Source of the DNA: Octopus vulgaris
Taxonomy: Eukaryota
NCBI GenBank assembly: GCA_951406725.2
Contig: OX597817.1
Coordinates: 59,396,001-59,460,000, forward strand
Direction: 5' to 3'
Length of the DNA stretch: 64,000 nt
The notes under the pieces: generated by a model
Told to the model about the DNA's origin: nothing
Database searches by the model: none
Seen by the model: the letters and a program-made list of their open reading frames with translations, nothing else
Program-made: the position numbers and the translations under genes
In this document: positions 13,501 to 27,100 of the stretch, piece by piece
How the letters are laid out: each line of letters begins with the position of its first letter
Numbering within the stretch: position 1 is the stretch's first letter

Positions 13501-13899
13501 AAATCACCATTTCACATCCGTTTTGTATTCTAGCATCGGATGGATGATTTGGCTGAAGTTAGCAAACCAGAGAATTGCACCAAACTCCAATGTCTGCTTT
13601 AATATGGTTTCTACGGTTGGATACCCTTTCTAACGCCGAGCACGTCACAGAGTACTAGGTGCCTTTTAAGTGGCACTTGTGACGCTACAAGAGCCTCGCC
13701 CCAACTGAAGGTGTAATAATATTGAGAGAGATGGCTTGTGCCAAGCGATGAGAAGCTAATGTATGGTAGGCGGACAGAAAATAATATTCGTACTGTCATG
13801 AAGATACATGGTTACCCCAGTTGGAAAAGACAGAGATAGGTCGGGGCGTGCCCTCAAATGACATGGAGGTGAGTGTAAGAGGAGCGGACAGGGTGAGTG

Positions 13900-14480
13900 C
13901 TCAGAATTAATAAGTGCCACCACAAGGGGAAAATTTTGCGATAGCGTCAACTGAAAAGGGTATAAAAACTCGAAATCCAAAGTATGGACGGCCCTAAACA
14001 AACTGGATGTTGTCCGGAAATCAATTCTGTCAGACAACTTTAAAATGATTTTTTTCTGTGCAATTGTAGAATCAGTTCTTTTACATGGAGCAACAACCTG
14101 AACACTTACCAAAAGAACTAGAATTCAAGCTAGATGGTACTTAAACCTGAATATTAAGAGCAGTCTTAAACATGTTTTGGAGAACACATCCCACCAAGAA
14201 ATGGTTGTATGGAGATCTGCTTGTGTCCACTATTATAAGGGAAAGGCGCTTGCCCTTTGCTGGACATTGCTGATGAGCTAAACAAGAGCTGGCAAGTGAC
14301 CAACTGCCAAAGCATGGCCGTACTCAAGCAGGTCGTCCGAACACAACGCATGTAGATCAACTCCCCAGAGATACTGGATGCCTCCCCCGAAGACCCCCTT
14401 CAGCCAATGCAGGACTGAGATGGATTGATATCTACGGGTTAAAAATGTCCAAGCAAGCTCGATCAGATGATGAAGATACC
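13900..14480 (+). mobile_element. RTE-like LINE 3' fragment
   Basis: VWTALNKLDVVRKS..FFCAIVESVLLHGATT*TL; ends in a GAT-repeat tail. Confidence 0.55.
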
Positions 14481-14699
14481 TAGTACGAGAGATGAATACA
14501 GTTGCAAAGACTCAGGAAGCACAGGAAAATTTTCAGAGAACATATGGATTGAGAGGAGGGTGAGAGAGAGATGCTTTTGTATTGTGAGGAAACTAGTAAA
14601 AGAGGGATGCAAAGTGATGACGGATTAGTTATTTGAAAGGTGAAATGGAAGGCAGACAGATAGATAGATAGATGAACAGACAGACAGATATACATGCAT

Positions 14700-15275
14700 A
14701 CCAAAATTACACACTGTTTCTTTGTAGACGACTTGAAACTTTATGCAAAGAATATGCACGAGATGCAAAAGACCTTTGACCTGGTTACATCTCAAAGGAT
14801 GTAGGGTTGGAGTTTGGTCAGGAGAAATGTTGTTATATCGTTGTGAAAAGGGGGGAAAGTGTAAACCAGACAAGCAACATCTCCATCAGTGGCTTCATTG
14901 TTTCCTTTATATTTGATGAGGAATGTTACGGGTGTCTAGGGGTGTATAAAAACATAGAATGGCACCTATAACAAAACACATGTCACTAAAGAATATTACA
15001 ACCGAATAAAGGAAATTTGGACCTCGGAACTCTTTGCACTCAATAAAACAGTGGCCCACAATGTGTTTGTGGTGCCAGTACTCATACTAAAATTTGGGCT
15101 GCTTGATTGGACGCTTGATGAGATCTGAGCCATTGATGTAAAAACCCGAAAGATATTAAAAAGCACACATCATTTCCTGATCAACAGTGATGTAGACTGC
15201 CTCTACCATAAACGAAAACAAGGCGGCAGATGCTTAACATCGACCCAAAATGCCTTTGAATGTCGTATCATGGCC
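14700..15275 (+). mobile_element. Decayed R4-like RT fragment
   Basis: HCFFVDDLKLYAKN, GLEFGQEKC, DVDCLYHKRKQGGRCL. Confidence 0.6.
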
Positions 15276-15899
15276 ACTTATAATAAAAAGGGGTGTGGTG
15301 GAATGTCTCAGTGAAAACCTTGATAAAATGTAAACAAAATAGATCTACCTAATATAATGATTTGGGACAGAGAAGAGAAACTGTGTACAGTTGAGGAAAT
15401 AAAACTGAAGAATTCTCTTGAAATAAAACTGAATAATGACATCCATACATACATACATACGTACATACATACATACATAAACACGTATATACATACCTGT
15501 GTGATTGTGTGTGTGTGTAACCTCCGTTTCAGGTCCTTGTAAGAAAACTAGCTCGGGGGTTAAATTCCCTGTTTTCTTTCTAACAACCACCGTCAATGAC
15601 CTTCAGTAACTTTATCTATTCATTTATCCATCGCGTCTCTTCCCACTGTTCCCTGAAGGGTCTTGCGGGTGGAGTCCTCAAGGCACCTCCTCCATACGAT
15701 CCGGTTGGATTCAAAAGCGTGACCAGCTGTGACTAGGGATATTATCCAATCACTTCATTCTTGGTCTACTCGTAGGTCATACTGTTCTATATTTTTGAGA
15801 TGAGGAATTCTGTACATTGTTTACACTGGACGGATATGTGTCCTCTTCTTGTTCGTTGTTTATTGTTACCACATCGATTCGGCTGATTTACACTCCAGC

Positions 15900-16825
15900 T
15901 TTCAACAGGAGACCTGGTGTAAAGAGAGGGACAGCTCAGTGCCTAAACATCGAGCAAAGTATATAAGTAGCGATCCTGATACACACCACGAAGAAATGAT
16001 CAAGCTAAGTAACAATCTATTATGTAACAACTACCCCAGAAAACATACTATCCACTCCAATTAGGAAGAGAAGAGAGGATGAAACCCATAAACTGATCGC
16101 AGTCTGTCTACCCTGTGTGAAAGGCCTCTTGGAAAAGATACAAAAGATATGCGGTCCATATGACATCAGGACGGTATTCAAGAGTTATATAACATTTCAC
16201 AAATATCTCCGAGTAAAACCACCATTAGAAGAGAATATGACCAAAGACTGCGCGTACATCATCCCATGCAGCTGTGGTAGGTTATACAAAGGCGAGACAT
16301 GCCGTCCCCTCAAAATAAAGGTAGAGTAACATCGTAAAGTTGTGACACGAGGAGATGTTGAAAAATGGGGTTTAGCTGGTCATGTATGGAAAAATGGAGA
16401 CCACCTCCCTCTGTGGGATGAAGTTAAAATAATAGACAGAGAACACCACTGGAAAATACGAAAACTAAAAGAAGCATCACATATGCTAGGACACAATAAC
16501 CTCCTAAGCAGACCGAGTGTAGATATGAGTAGCATATGGGAACCGGTATTAAGGAAGGATAGGAAAATGTTGGGTTTATAAGCCCTAAAATTCACTCTGT
16601 AATTGCCCACGGGCGTATGATGTTGCGGTTAAGAGCGAATTCAATAAATAATGATAGTCACAATAATTAGATCAGCAAAAAAAAAACCCTTAGGAATGAG
16701 AACCCACGGTTGGGTTCAAAATTCTACCAGGACACCTGTTGAAGTCCGGAGAGTAAATCAGCCGAAACATTGTGGTAACAACAAACAAGATGAAGACAAA
16801 TATCCATCAAATGTAAATAATGTAC
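15900..16825 (+). mobile_element. Penelope-like element remnant (GIY-YIG endonuclease plus terminal repeat)
   Basis: LPCVKGLLEKIQKI..IRTVFKS; CAYIIPCSCGRLYKGETCRPLKIKVE*H; GLAGHVWKNGDH..WDEVKIIDREHHWKIRKLKEA; hammerhead-like motif at 16731-16775. Confidence 0.85.
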
Positions 16826-18039
16826 CCTTAGGTCTTCTACTGGTTGGCTCCGCTTGAAGAATCCGTCTTGCTATTCTTTCCTGCGACATTCTAATCAAAT
16901 GTGCCGAAACTGCGATTTTCTATTACTGCAGAATAGCGACTCGACCGGGAGAGACTGCTTGACCTTTGACCTAAGCACTCTGTGGAATAACGTTATTTCA
17001 CCTCAGTGGCATTGCTAACAGAGGAGTAAGAGCAGCGACCTCCCATCCACCCCCCACCCATGCGAGAACATTTTTCAAAATTGGTGCCTTTTAGAAAATG
17101 TATAAAAAATGAGTTAAAAATTGTTTGGAATGTGCCACGGTTCCTCTAAGTTTAGAACCCGGCTACGCTCATACTTCAGCTGCTGGTAATTGCGATCGTA
17201 CTCTATCGGTCATCGGCCAGCAACCGATTCTCAGAAAAGGAGAGGTCAGTGAAAAACCCAAATCGTTATCTCCATTTCGGTTTTTTTTTATCGCCATCCT
17301 CACTTTTGGTCAAGAATTATAACGAGGCAAATTCCTAGAAATAAACAAAGATGCGCGCGTGCGGTGAAGTAGGTTCAAAGAGTCGGTTGAGGGGTGGAAA
17401 TCTTAAGAATTTATCCCACGAGAAAGTTTTTCACTTTCGTTGTTAATATTTTTCTCAATGTGTTTGAGTGTTTTAATAATTGATGTAACCACATGGTTCC
17501 GGATTCAGTCCCACTTCTTGGTACCTTGGACAAGTATCTTCTACCATAGTCCCGAGTCAAGCAAGTGGATTTGACAGACGTGTGTGTGAGTGTGAGTGTG
17601 TGTGTGTGTGTATGTGTGTGCATGTGTGTGTGTGTGTGTGTGTCCCAACGCCACTTGATAATCAGCGTTGGTTTGTTTACGTCCCCGTAGCTTAGCGGTT
17701 CGGCACAAGAACCCCGATAGAATAAGCACCAAAATAAAAAACGAGATCGATTTGTTCGACTAAAAACATACCTCCAAGGTGGTGCCCCAGCATGGCCGCA
17801 GTCTAATGGCTGCAGCAAGTCAAAAACGAAAGCTATGTAGATATAAACTCGCACGTACGCACGTCCAGGCATTTGTAAACAGATAACAAGTAGAGGGGGG
17901 GGAGGAAGCTTGAGTAAGTCTGGAACCAGATGGAAAAAAACATCATGAAGGAATGGCCATTTTGGGGCGACGGTCTCGTGTTTGTTTTGCCTTTTATTAC
18001 GTAAAAACTTGTTGCCAGAATTTTTGACCGCTTCAGTTG

Positions 18040-18330
18040 CCATACGTGCGGGTGTGTCCGTGTGTGTGTGAGTGCGTGTGCGTGTGTCGGAGGGGGGGTG
18101 CATGTGTGTGTGTGTGTGCGTATGACCGAGTGTACGTGTGTATATGTTTGTATGTGTGTGTCCGTGTGTGTGTGTCCGTGTACGTGTGTGTGCGTGTGCG
18201 TATGTCCGTGTGTGTGCGTATGCCCGGGTGTGTGTGTGTGTGTACGTGTGTCCGTATGTATATGTTTGTATGTGTCTCTGTGTGTGTCCGTGTGTGTGTT
18301 TGTACGTGTGTATGTGTGTATGTTTGCGTT
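18040..18330. repeat. Degenerate (GT)n microsatellite
   Basis: Directly visible; source of the spurious C/V and H/T ORFs. Confidence 0.9.
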
Positions 18331-18885
18331 GGTTTTTGCGACGAATAGATTATAACTGTGACGACTGGGGTTTTTTTTTGTGTCACTAAATAGATTTTTT
18401 TCCAGTTTTTCTTTTTCCCTTTTAATTGTTCCACTGTTTGGAGGGGGGTAAAAGTGTAACAAAAAAAAAAACTATATAACTTATATGGTTATACGAGACA
18501 AAGAATTAATTAGTCATTTTCGGAAATTAACGAGAAGGAACGTCGCAAACATTGACTTTACGGAGAACAAAAACGACACCACCACCACCGTCAGCAACAA
18601 CGATAACAACAACAAGATAAGTAGCAGTAACAGCACCACCAGCAACACCATCCACAACAATAGTTGCAGCAAAGGCAACAACATTGAAGTGGGAATATAA
18701 ATTGAAGAGTTTGTCGCTAGAAATGCCATTCTGTGCTGGTTGAGAGACGGAACGACGTGCCCTGCTCGAAAAAGTAAGTAAAGCCCAAAATATTTCATTT
18801 CAATTTACCGCGCCAGTTTCTACCATCATCACGTTCAGTTTTAGCCTTTTTGATGATGATGATGATGATAATAATAATAATAATA

Positions 18886-19590
<705 letters not shown>

Positions 19591-19761
19591 CTTTCTACTA
19601 TGGGCACAAGGCTTGAAATTCTTGGGGATGGGGAGGGGGCAGTCGATTTGATCGATCTCAATACGCAACTGGAACTTAATTTATCGACCCCGAAAGTATG
19701 AAAGGCAAAGTTAACCTCGGCGGAATTTGAACCCAGAACGTATAGCGACGGGCGAAATACC

Positions 19762-20039
19762 TGTGGGATGACGTCAGCAGCTGGGTGCGTTGACCGGAAG
19801 CTAGGGGCAACCGAAAGGGGCAGCCGTCAGGTCTGCGCAGGCAGCGGTGAATTCGGCCTTTCCAACGTGGGTTGTCGAGGCGTGAGGACGTGGGAAGACG
19901 TCGCTAAAGGTTGGGTGCAGCGGCTGCTATCTTGGTGTTCGGGTCGGGGCTGTGTCGAAGGATCCGTTACCACCGAAGGGTCTCCATCACGAGGAAGAGA
20001 AGGTAGGTGCCTTTATATTCGTATCGCTCACACACTACA
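19762..20039. mobile_element. Solo LTR (278 bp)
   Basis: TGT...ACA termini with a 5-bp TSD ATACC (19757-19761 and 20040-20044); GC-rich compared with the flanks. Confidence 0.75.
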
Positions 20040-20624
20040 ATACCTATTTCTTTACTGCCCACAAGGGGATAAACAGAGAGGACAAACAAGAACAGACAAA
20101 CGGATTAAGTTGATTATATCGACCCCAGTGCGTAACTGGTACTTAATTTATCGACCCCGAAAGGCTGAAAGGCAAAGTTGACCCCGGCGTAATTTGAACT
20201 CAGAACGTAGCGACGGGCGAAATACCGCTAAGCACTTCGTCCGGCGCGCTAACGGTTCTGCCAGCTCGCCGTCTTAATAATAACAACAACAACAACAATA
20301 ATAATGAAAATGATCCCTGGCTTACAATTCTTGCAAAAACAAGGTGCAAAAGGTATGTCACATGTATTGAGAAGAACATCGGCACCGTAATTTTTTTGTT
20401 TTTGTATTTCTTTCTTCTCTTTTTCTTTCATTTTTTCTCTTTCTTTTTTTTTTTCTATCACGTAACTTTGTAAACGAACAATCTGATGTGTTTATTTTAA
20501 TGGCCTGCCAATGAATACAGAGAGTTTTTTGCCCTAGGTGTTGGGAAGACACTCAACAAGAAATGGGAACAAAACTGAAAGAAGAAAGACACAATAATAT
20601 TATTATTATTATTATTGTTATTAT

Positions 20625-20965
20625 TATTGCCTTTGCACAGCTTCTAACGCTGAAGATGTACTATGGTGTCAGCTGTTCACTACCAGTGAACTACGGTAAC
20701 ACCTCTTATTTTTCGAGCACCTTCCGGAGTATTCCAGCGGTTCCAAGCAGTGCTGTTTTCTGTAAGTGCGCCACCCTTATAGCAGCCACTATTTGTTCCA
20801 CGTGCTTCTCGATATTTTGGCTCACTGTTCCCAGGGCTCCGACAATTATTGCTACTTTTTCATCGACCACAACTGCTTAACTTCCCAAGCTAACCTGTCA
20901 TATCTCTCGACTTTTCTTCCTTATCGCATACATTGTTGTCAGCTGGGCATGCTATATCTATGATC
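20625..20965 (-). mobile_element. 3' tail of a second R4/Dong-like family between (ATT)n tracts
   Basis: Minus strand reads IIVGALGTVSQNIEKHVEQI..LQKTALLGTAGILRKVLEK*. Confidence 0.65.
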
Positions 20966-21004
20966 CATTATTATTATTATTATTATTATTATTGTGCGTA
21001 GTAG

Positions 21005-21169
21005 TGCGCAGGAGTGGCTGTGTGGTAAGTAGCTTGCTAACCAACCACATGGTTGCGGGTTCAGTCCCACTGCGTGGCATCTTGGGCAAGTGTCTTCTGC
21101 TATAGCCTCGGGCCGACCAATGCCTTGTGAGTGGATTTGGTAGACGGAAACTGAAAGAAGACTGTCGTA

Positions 21170-21216
<47 letters not shown>

Positions 21217-21410
21217 TTGTCCCCCTAGCATTGCTTGACAACCGATGCTGGTGTGTTTACGTCCCCGTCACTTAGCGGTTCGGCAAAAGAGACCGATAGA
21301 ATAAGTACTGGGCTTACAAAGAATAAGTCCCGGGGTCGATTAGATCGACTAAAGGCGGTGCTCCAGCATGGCCGCAGTCAAATGACTGAAACAAGTAAAA
21401 GAGTAAAGAG
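21005..21410 (+). mobile_element. tRNA-derived CORE-like SINE family B (other copies ~1185-1575, 8040-8370, 17480-17825, 28725-29415, 36118-36520, 62020-62215, 63180-63410)
   Basis: A box GTGGCTGTGTGGTAAG, B box GGGTTCAGTCCC, CORE-like CTTGGGCAAGTGTCTT, internal (TA)n(TG)n, tail GAAACAAGTAAAAGAGTAAAG. Confidence 0.85.
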
Positions 21411-22790
21411 TATCCACATTTTCTCAAATGACGTAGTTATGGAATTTGGAATAGACAAGTGCGCTATATTGAAAATGAAACGAGGAAGACGTGAAAGAAG
21501 TCAGGAAATTGAAATGCAAACAATGAGAGCGGTTGAGAAAGGACAGTAGTACAAGTACTTGAGAAGAGTGGAAACAGAGGAGATTATAAATGAAGAAATG
21601 AAACCAATTACCAGTAGAGAGTACACAAGGAGAGTGAGAAAAGTATTGCAGTCAAAGCTAAATTCCAAAAATCTTACTGAAACAATAAATTAAAGAGTAG
21701 TACCCTTAATCAGATATGGAGTTAATGAGATATGGACCAGGAACGAAATAGAGAAACTTGACAGAAAAACTAGGAAGTTGTTGACGATGTATGGAACCCA
21801 CCATCCGAAAGTTGATATCAACCAGCTGTACTTGGGGAGAGTCCAGGGTGGAAGGGGCTTAATAGCAGTAGAAGAATATGTACAGATGGAAAGAGAAAGT
21901 CTAGTAGAGTATTTACAGAGCAGCAGAGAAAAACTACTAAAGACAGTTAATAAAGAACTGGTGATGAAGCGCGTAATAGGAGAAAAAGACAAGAATGAAA
22001 TACAAAGAGAGCATATCAGAGAGATCAAAGAGAAACCTGAGCATGGCCAATTTTGGAGAGCCTCTGAAGACGTATGTGGGACAAAATCCTGGGCTTGGTT
22101 TAAAAAAAGAAACAGGGAGCTTAATTGTGGCAACCCAAGATCAAGCGATAAAAACAAACTTGAGAAAAAATATATATGGAGAGAATGTCCCAGAAAAATA
22201 TAGAGCCTGTGGAACTTGGAACGAGACAGTGGCACACTTTGTGACAGAATGCCCCAAGTTGGTACAGGAAGAATATAAGAATTGGAGGCAGGACCAGATT
22301 GTAAAAATTTTACACTGGAAACTGGGATTTGAAGCTGGAATCACATGGTACAATCATCGAGTCGAAAGGGTACTGGAGTCGGAGAAATGTAAGATTTTGT
22401 GGGACTTTCCTATTCAAATGGACAAGAAATTAGAAAATAATAAATCGGACATAACAATTATAGATAATGAAAAGCTAAGTTGCTTACTTATCGACCCCAT
22501 CATGTCTCTTTGATTCCAGGATCGCAAAGAAAGAGGAAGAAAAACAAAGAAAATACTCTCCCTTAAAATTTGAAATCGAAAGAATTTGGAGCATGCGAAC
22601 ATTAACGGTTGTACCTATAATAATCGGTTCGTTGGGAAGAGTAAGCAAAGATATAGACTAATGGCTGAAGGAGATTGGAACAGAATGCCCGGCAGAGCTC
22701 CTACAGAAAGCTTGTTTCTTTGGGGCAGCAAGGATTATCAAGACGGTTCTAAGCACTTGAAAGACTGCTGTAAACTTGTAGATACTTAAG
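21410..22790 (+). mobile_element. R4/Dong-clade non-LTR retrotransposon remnant (RT end, Zn-knuckle, RLE endonuclease)
   Basis: MEFGIDKCAIL, HHPKVDINQLYL..GGRGL, RACGTWNETVAHFVTECPKL, KILWDFPIQMDKK..SDITIID; frameshifted. Confidence 0.85.
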
Positions 22791-23719
22791 ATTTCAGGAA
22801 GTAACCCGTTTAAATCTTACCAGGAATAAGACCGAACCTGAGCTTGGTTTCAGTAATGATAATCCTTTATATTAAAGGCCTGAAATTTGGGGGAAGAGAC
22901 TAGTTGATTACATCGACCCCAGTGTTTCACTGATATTTAATTTATCGACCTCTAAAGGATAAAAGGCAATACCTGGCCGTGACTCTCATGACTTTTGATC
23001 TTAACTGAAGTGTTATCATGTACATTCCTTTGTCTTGGTGAGCTGGCAGAAACGTTAGCACGCCGGGCGAAATGCGTAGCCGCATTTCGTCTGCCGTTAC
23101 GTTCTGATTTCAAATTCCGCCGAGGTCTACTTTGCCTTTCATCCTTTCGGGGTCGATAAATTAAGTACCAGTTACGCGCTGGGGTCGATATAATCGACTT
23201 AATCCGTTTGTCTGTCCTTGTTTAGCCCCTTGTGTGTAGTAAAGAAATAGGTATAAAAGATGGGCTACAGCAAATATTCTGCTCAATACCACAGATTTGC
23301 TTGTCAGTTGTTTGACCTTAAACAATTGAGCATGTCCCTTAGTGGCTGACGATATGTGCATTTCTGATTATGAGCAGAAATAGTGGGGGAATTCTTTGGG
23401 GTTTGAATAATTTACCTCTGGAAACATGGGTGTTTTGTTCAACATCCTTAAACAACCCTTATTTAGGGACATTTTTTGTAGAATGGGCTACTCGACCTGA
23501 AGAAAATTCTAACAGGGCCCCACCTGCAAGGTCATGCACTGTTTATCTTGATATGCGATGACTTTATCTCACACATATGGCTGTGATGTATGTGCCTGGT
23601 GTACCCTTATCAGACGGGTAGTCATGATGGGGATACTGGGCTTAATACATTTGTACCCCAGTGTCACTTTGATGGCATGCGCTGCTCGCTCACTCAATAA
23701 TAATAATGATGTCTGAGGA

Positions 23720-25205
23720 AGATAATCTGGCATGGTATGTAAAAGCCTTAGGAAAACAATATAATCTGACATGGTATGTATAGGTGTGAGAGAAATAATC
23801 TGGCATGGTATGTAAAGGCCCAAGGAAAATGATATACCGTATATTTGAACAAATTCTCCAGAAGGGAAATTTATTTTAGACTTAGTTTTTCGCTTAAAAA
23901 TTATCATGGGTTTCAGTTTCGTTCCGTTAACCATGCACGATAATACGATCGTAACCTTGTCTTTTCATGACCCGTGCCTCTAACATGCAAGGTTTTTTGC
24001 GCCTTTCATGTCAACCGTTCTGTCACCCATCATGTCAAAGTTTAATGGGGTCTCATCTATGTTTCCGATACATGACATAGGAAACTGATGTTTTTGGCTC
24101 ATCCCAAAAATAAATTGATGAAAACTGGTAACTTTATGGTCAAGGTCCCTTGGTAGCTTTTGAGCGATTTTCGTTTTTGGTCGTATCACAAGATTCTTTC
24201 TATTCATGAAGCAACTGCACCAGCCTACTGTTGCTTTAAACTCCTGGCTTTCGTTTTGGTTGGCTTTTGCCCATTTTAATGCATATGATCTTATTCTATT
24301 TCGTGTTACTATCCATCCTGTCTCAGTTCAAGTAGCCACTTTCGAACATGATCTCCCAACTCTGGTCAACGACTGCTTCCTCTTCTCATTGCACATTTCA
24401 CTTTTGGCATGGTTCTTAAATTATCTTCATTCTTTCTCCAATCTCTTACCATCCCCTCAGTCAAATGTTCTTGCTGCAGCACAGTTGGTAGATGCCTTGG
24501 CAACTTCAATAACTTTCAGTTTAAAACTTGCTTCGTACTTTTTTCGTTTGTTTGTTTCTTTCTTTTCTTTTTGCGGCTCCATGGGTAGGTTGAGCATAAA
24601 AAATATTTACAGAATTGTATCTGGTTGATATGAGAGTCAAGAACAGACTGAAATAGGAGAGAAAAGGAAGTGAAAACTACCATTGTAGTTGAATCGCCTT
24701 AAACAGAAGAAGAAAGCTATTCGTTGATCTTATGAGTTCGTCTGTCGTCTGCTGCTTTGAACGTTTCAAATAGTTCGGTCGCATGAACAACGCCATTGCT
24801 TACGACATTACGATAGACAGTATTGAAGAAACAATCTCTTTCATCGCCTAATACAAATTTATGTTAATACTATATATTGTTTCATGTCTTAACTTTCAAG
24901 AATACGGTGATTAAAATAACATTTCTAATAAACATCGTCTTTACTTAATACCCGGTATTTTATATGATATGGTAACATTTACACGGTTGCTTAGGCTATC
25001 CTTAAACTCAGGCGAGTTTCGTCTTATATTTCAGACATTAGCTGATGACATGAACATTTACTCGGAGTTTCGGGTCGTCTTATCTGTAGGTCGCCGTATA
25101 TACTGAAATATACGGTAATCTGGCATGGTATGTAAAGGTGTGAGAGAAATAATCTGGTATAGTATGTAAAGGTGTGAGAGAAATAATCTGGTATGGTATG
25201 TAAAA
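23720..25205 (+). repeat. ~34-bp minisatellite (AAATAATCTGGCATGGTATGTAAAGGTGTGAGAG) split by the pogo element
   Basis: Three units at 23720-23836 and three at 25116-25205. Confidence 0.75.
23837..25115 (-). mobile_element. pogo/Tigger-family DNA transposon, decayed and 3'-deleted
   Basis: TA|CCGTATATTT...AAATATACGG|TA ends. Broken ORF: KYEASFKLKVIEVA (HTH), KTKIAQKLP, IGNIDETPLNFDM (first D of the DDE motif), GTKLKPMIIFKRK. Confidence 0.85.
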
Positions 25206-25305
25206 AATTCTATGACAGGAGTAAGAAGGATGAAAGTCCTAAGCAGTGTTGAAGCAAATGAAAAGGAAGGCTCTAAACAAGACATGAGTTTATCAGGAAT
25301 CAAAT

Positions 25306-25426
25306 TTAAAGTAAACACAAAATGGAGAAATATTGATCAATAACAATTGGCTAAAATCAATTATTTTAATTTTGATGTTAGTCAATTGTTGTTGATCAAT
25401 ATTTCTCCATTTTTTGCTTACTTTAT
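25306..25426. repeat. ~120-bp hairpin (MITE-like palindrome)
   Basis: AAAATGGAGAAATATTGATCAATAACAATTGGCTAA versus TTAGTCAATTGTTGTTGATCAATATTTCTCCATTTT. Confidence 0.75.
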
Positions 25427-25646
25427 ATAAATATATATATATATATATATAAAAACTTACTTGTAGGATAAGAAACGACGCGAGGCACGCATTGAGTCGA
25501 ACCAGGGGCAGCTGATGAAGGGGAATATTCCTTGTATTGTTTGTCTTGTACCCTGTTTTATCGTCGTTAAAAAAAAGTCCGTTTCCTTGTTTGTTTTTAT
25601 GTTTTCGTTTCTCGTTGTGTTCTACGTTTATTTGTGATGTCCTATA

Positions 25647-25650
<4 letters not shown>

Positions 25651-25738
<88 letters not shown>
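25651..25738. repeat. (TA)n microsatellite
   Basis: About 44 perfect TA units. Confidence 0.95.
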
Positions 25739-25740
<2 letters not shown>

Positions 25741-26730
25741 ACGGGCTTCTTTCAGACTCCTTCTACTAAATCCACTCACAAGACTTTGGTCGGATCAAGA
25801 TTATAATGGTTAGCGGTATTTCGTCTGCCGTTACGTTCTGAGTTCAAATTCCGCCGAGGTCGACTTTGCCTTTCATCCTTTCGGGGTCGATAAATGAAGT
25901 AGCAGTTACGCACTGGGGTCGATGTAATCGACTTAATCCCTTCGTCTGTCCTTGTTTGTCCCCTCTATGTTTAGCCCCTTGTGTGTAGTAAAGAAATAAG
26001 ATTATAATGGAGTATACTTGCCTAAGTTGCCACACAGTTGAACTGAACCCGGGACCATGTGGGAAGCAGATTTCTTACCACATAGCCATGCCTGCGCCTA
26101 CATAATATGTATATAATGTGAGCGTGCGTGCGCGCGCGCGCGCGTACCTGTGTGTGTGTGTGTGTATATGTACTTGCGTGTGTGTGTATGTGCGCGTGTA
26201 TGCTCATGTATATGTATGCGTGCGTGTGTTCATGTGTTCGCGCGTGTGAAAAGGCCGATGAACACAAATAGGCTTAATGAGCGTTTTTACTTGAAATACA
26301 AATAAACAAAATGAGTGGTGTAATAGTCTTATCTTGACAGCTGTTTCGGATGAAGCATGACTTAGGCCATAGCCATGTCTATTATGAAATAAAGACCATA
26401 ATGAAAGATCTTGGCATGGTCATCACCTAATTTTACCATTGACAGGTATACCAGTCTCTAAGCTGGACTCCACCGCTTAGAGCCAAACGTCCTACAACTC
26501 ATCCACCCACAACCTAGAATTAGAGTCAGATACTGCGATAGCTTAGGGATCAAAGGTTCACAACTTATCAATGTAAACATATTCGAGAAACACTTGAACA
26601 TTGAATTTAGCTTTAGTTATAAAATAACATCTCAAAACAGCTAACAACATTTTTCCCCGGCTTATTATTGCATATATCTTCAAAATTCTTCATTAAATCA
26701 AACCTTTTTCTTCTTTTCTTTTGTCTATAT

Positions 26731-27100
26731 CAAAGGTTCTCAACCCATTTTGGCCAAAGGCCCCCTTTTGACCATTGAAAATATTTTTATTTTTCAATAT
26801 ACTATTTATTTTGATATCAGCAGATAATGATTGAAAAATAAAAAGGACGTCGTTTTACATATGCACTTGTGTGCAGTCGGGAGTGCAGATGTACAAATTG
26901 AAATGCAAAAAAAAAAAACCAATTAATGAATTTAAGTTTGGTTTCACTCACGCGACACGTATTAGATTAACACGTTGTCTATCGAAAGAGTGCTCTTTGG
27001 TACAAGGGAGCCCCTTTGCTCCAAGACGCCTCCCTCGAGTTCCAATTGCCCCCCCCCCACCCTCCCCAAGAGGCCGTATGGTCCCCGTTGAGAACCTTTG
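26731..27100. mobile_element. hAT (Buster/Charlie-type) MITE
   Basis: Perfect 14-bp TIR CAAAGGTTCTCAAC/GTTGAGAACCTTTG and perfect 8-bp TSD GTCTATAT (nnnTAnnn). Confidence 0.88.

Noticed and set aside
17411-18462. Long 200+ aa ORFs rich in H/T or C/V
   Set aside because: They are read-through of (GT)n microsatellites and a SINE.
25500-25545. CTGATGA followed by the hairpin GGAATATTCC
   Set aside because: There is no GAAA after the stem, so the hammerhead core is incomplete.
26330-26430. Minus-strand CGAAACAGCTGTC, resembling the 3' half of a minimal hammerhead
   Set aside because: No correctly placed CTGANGA was found.
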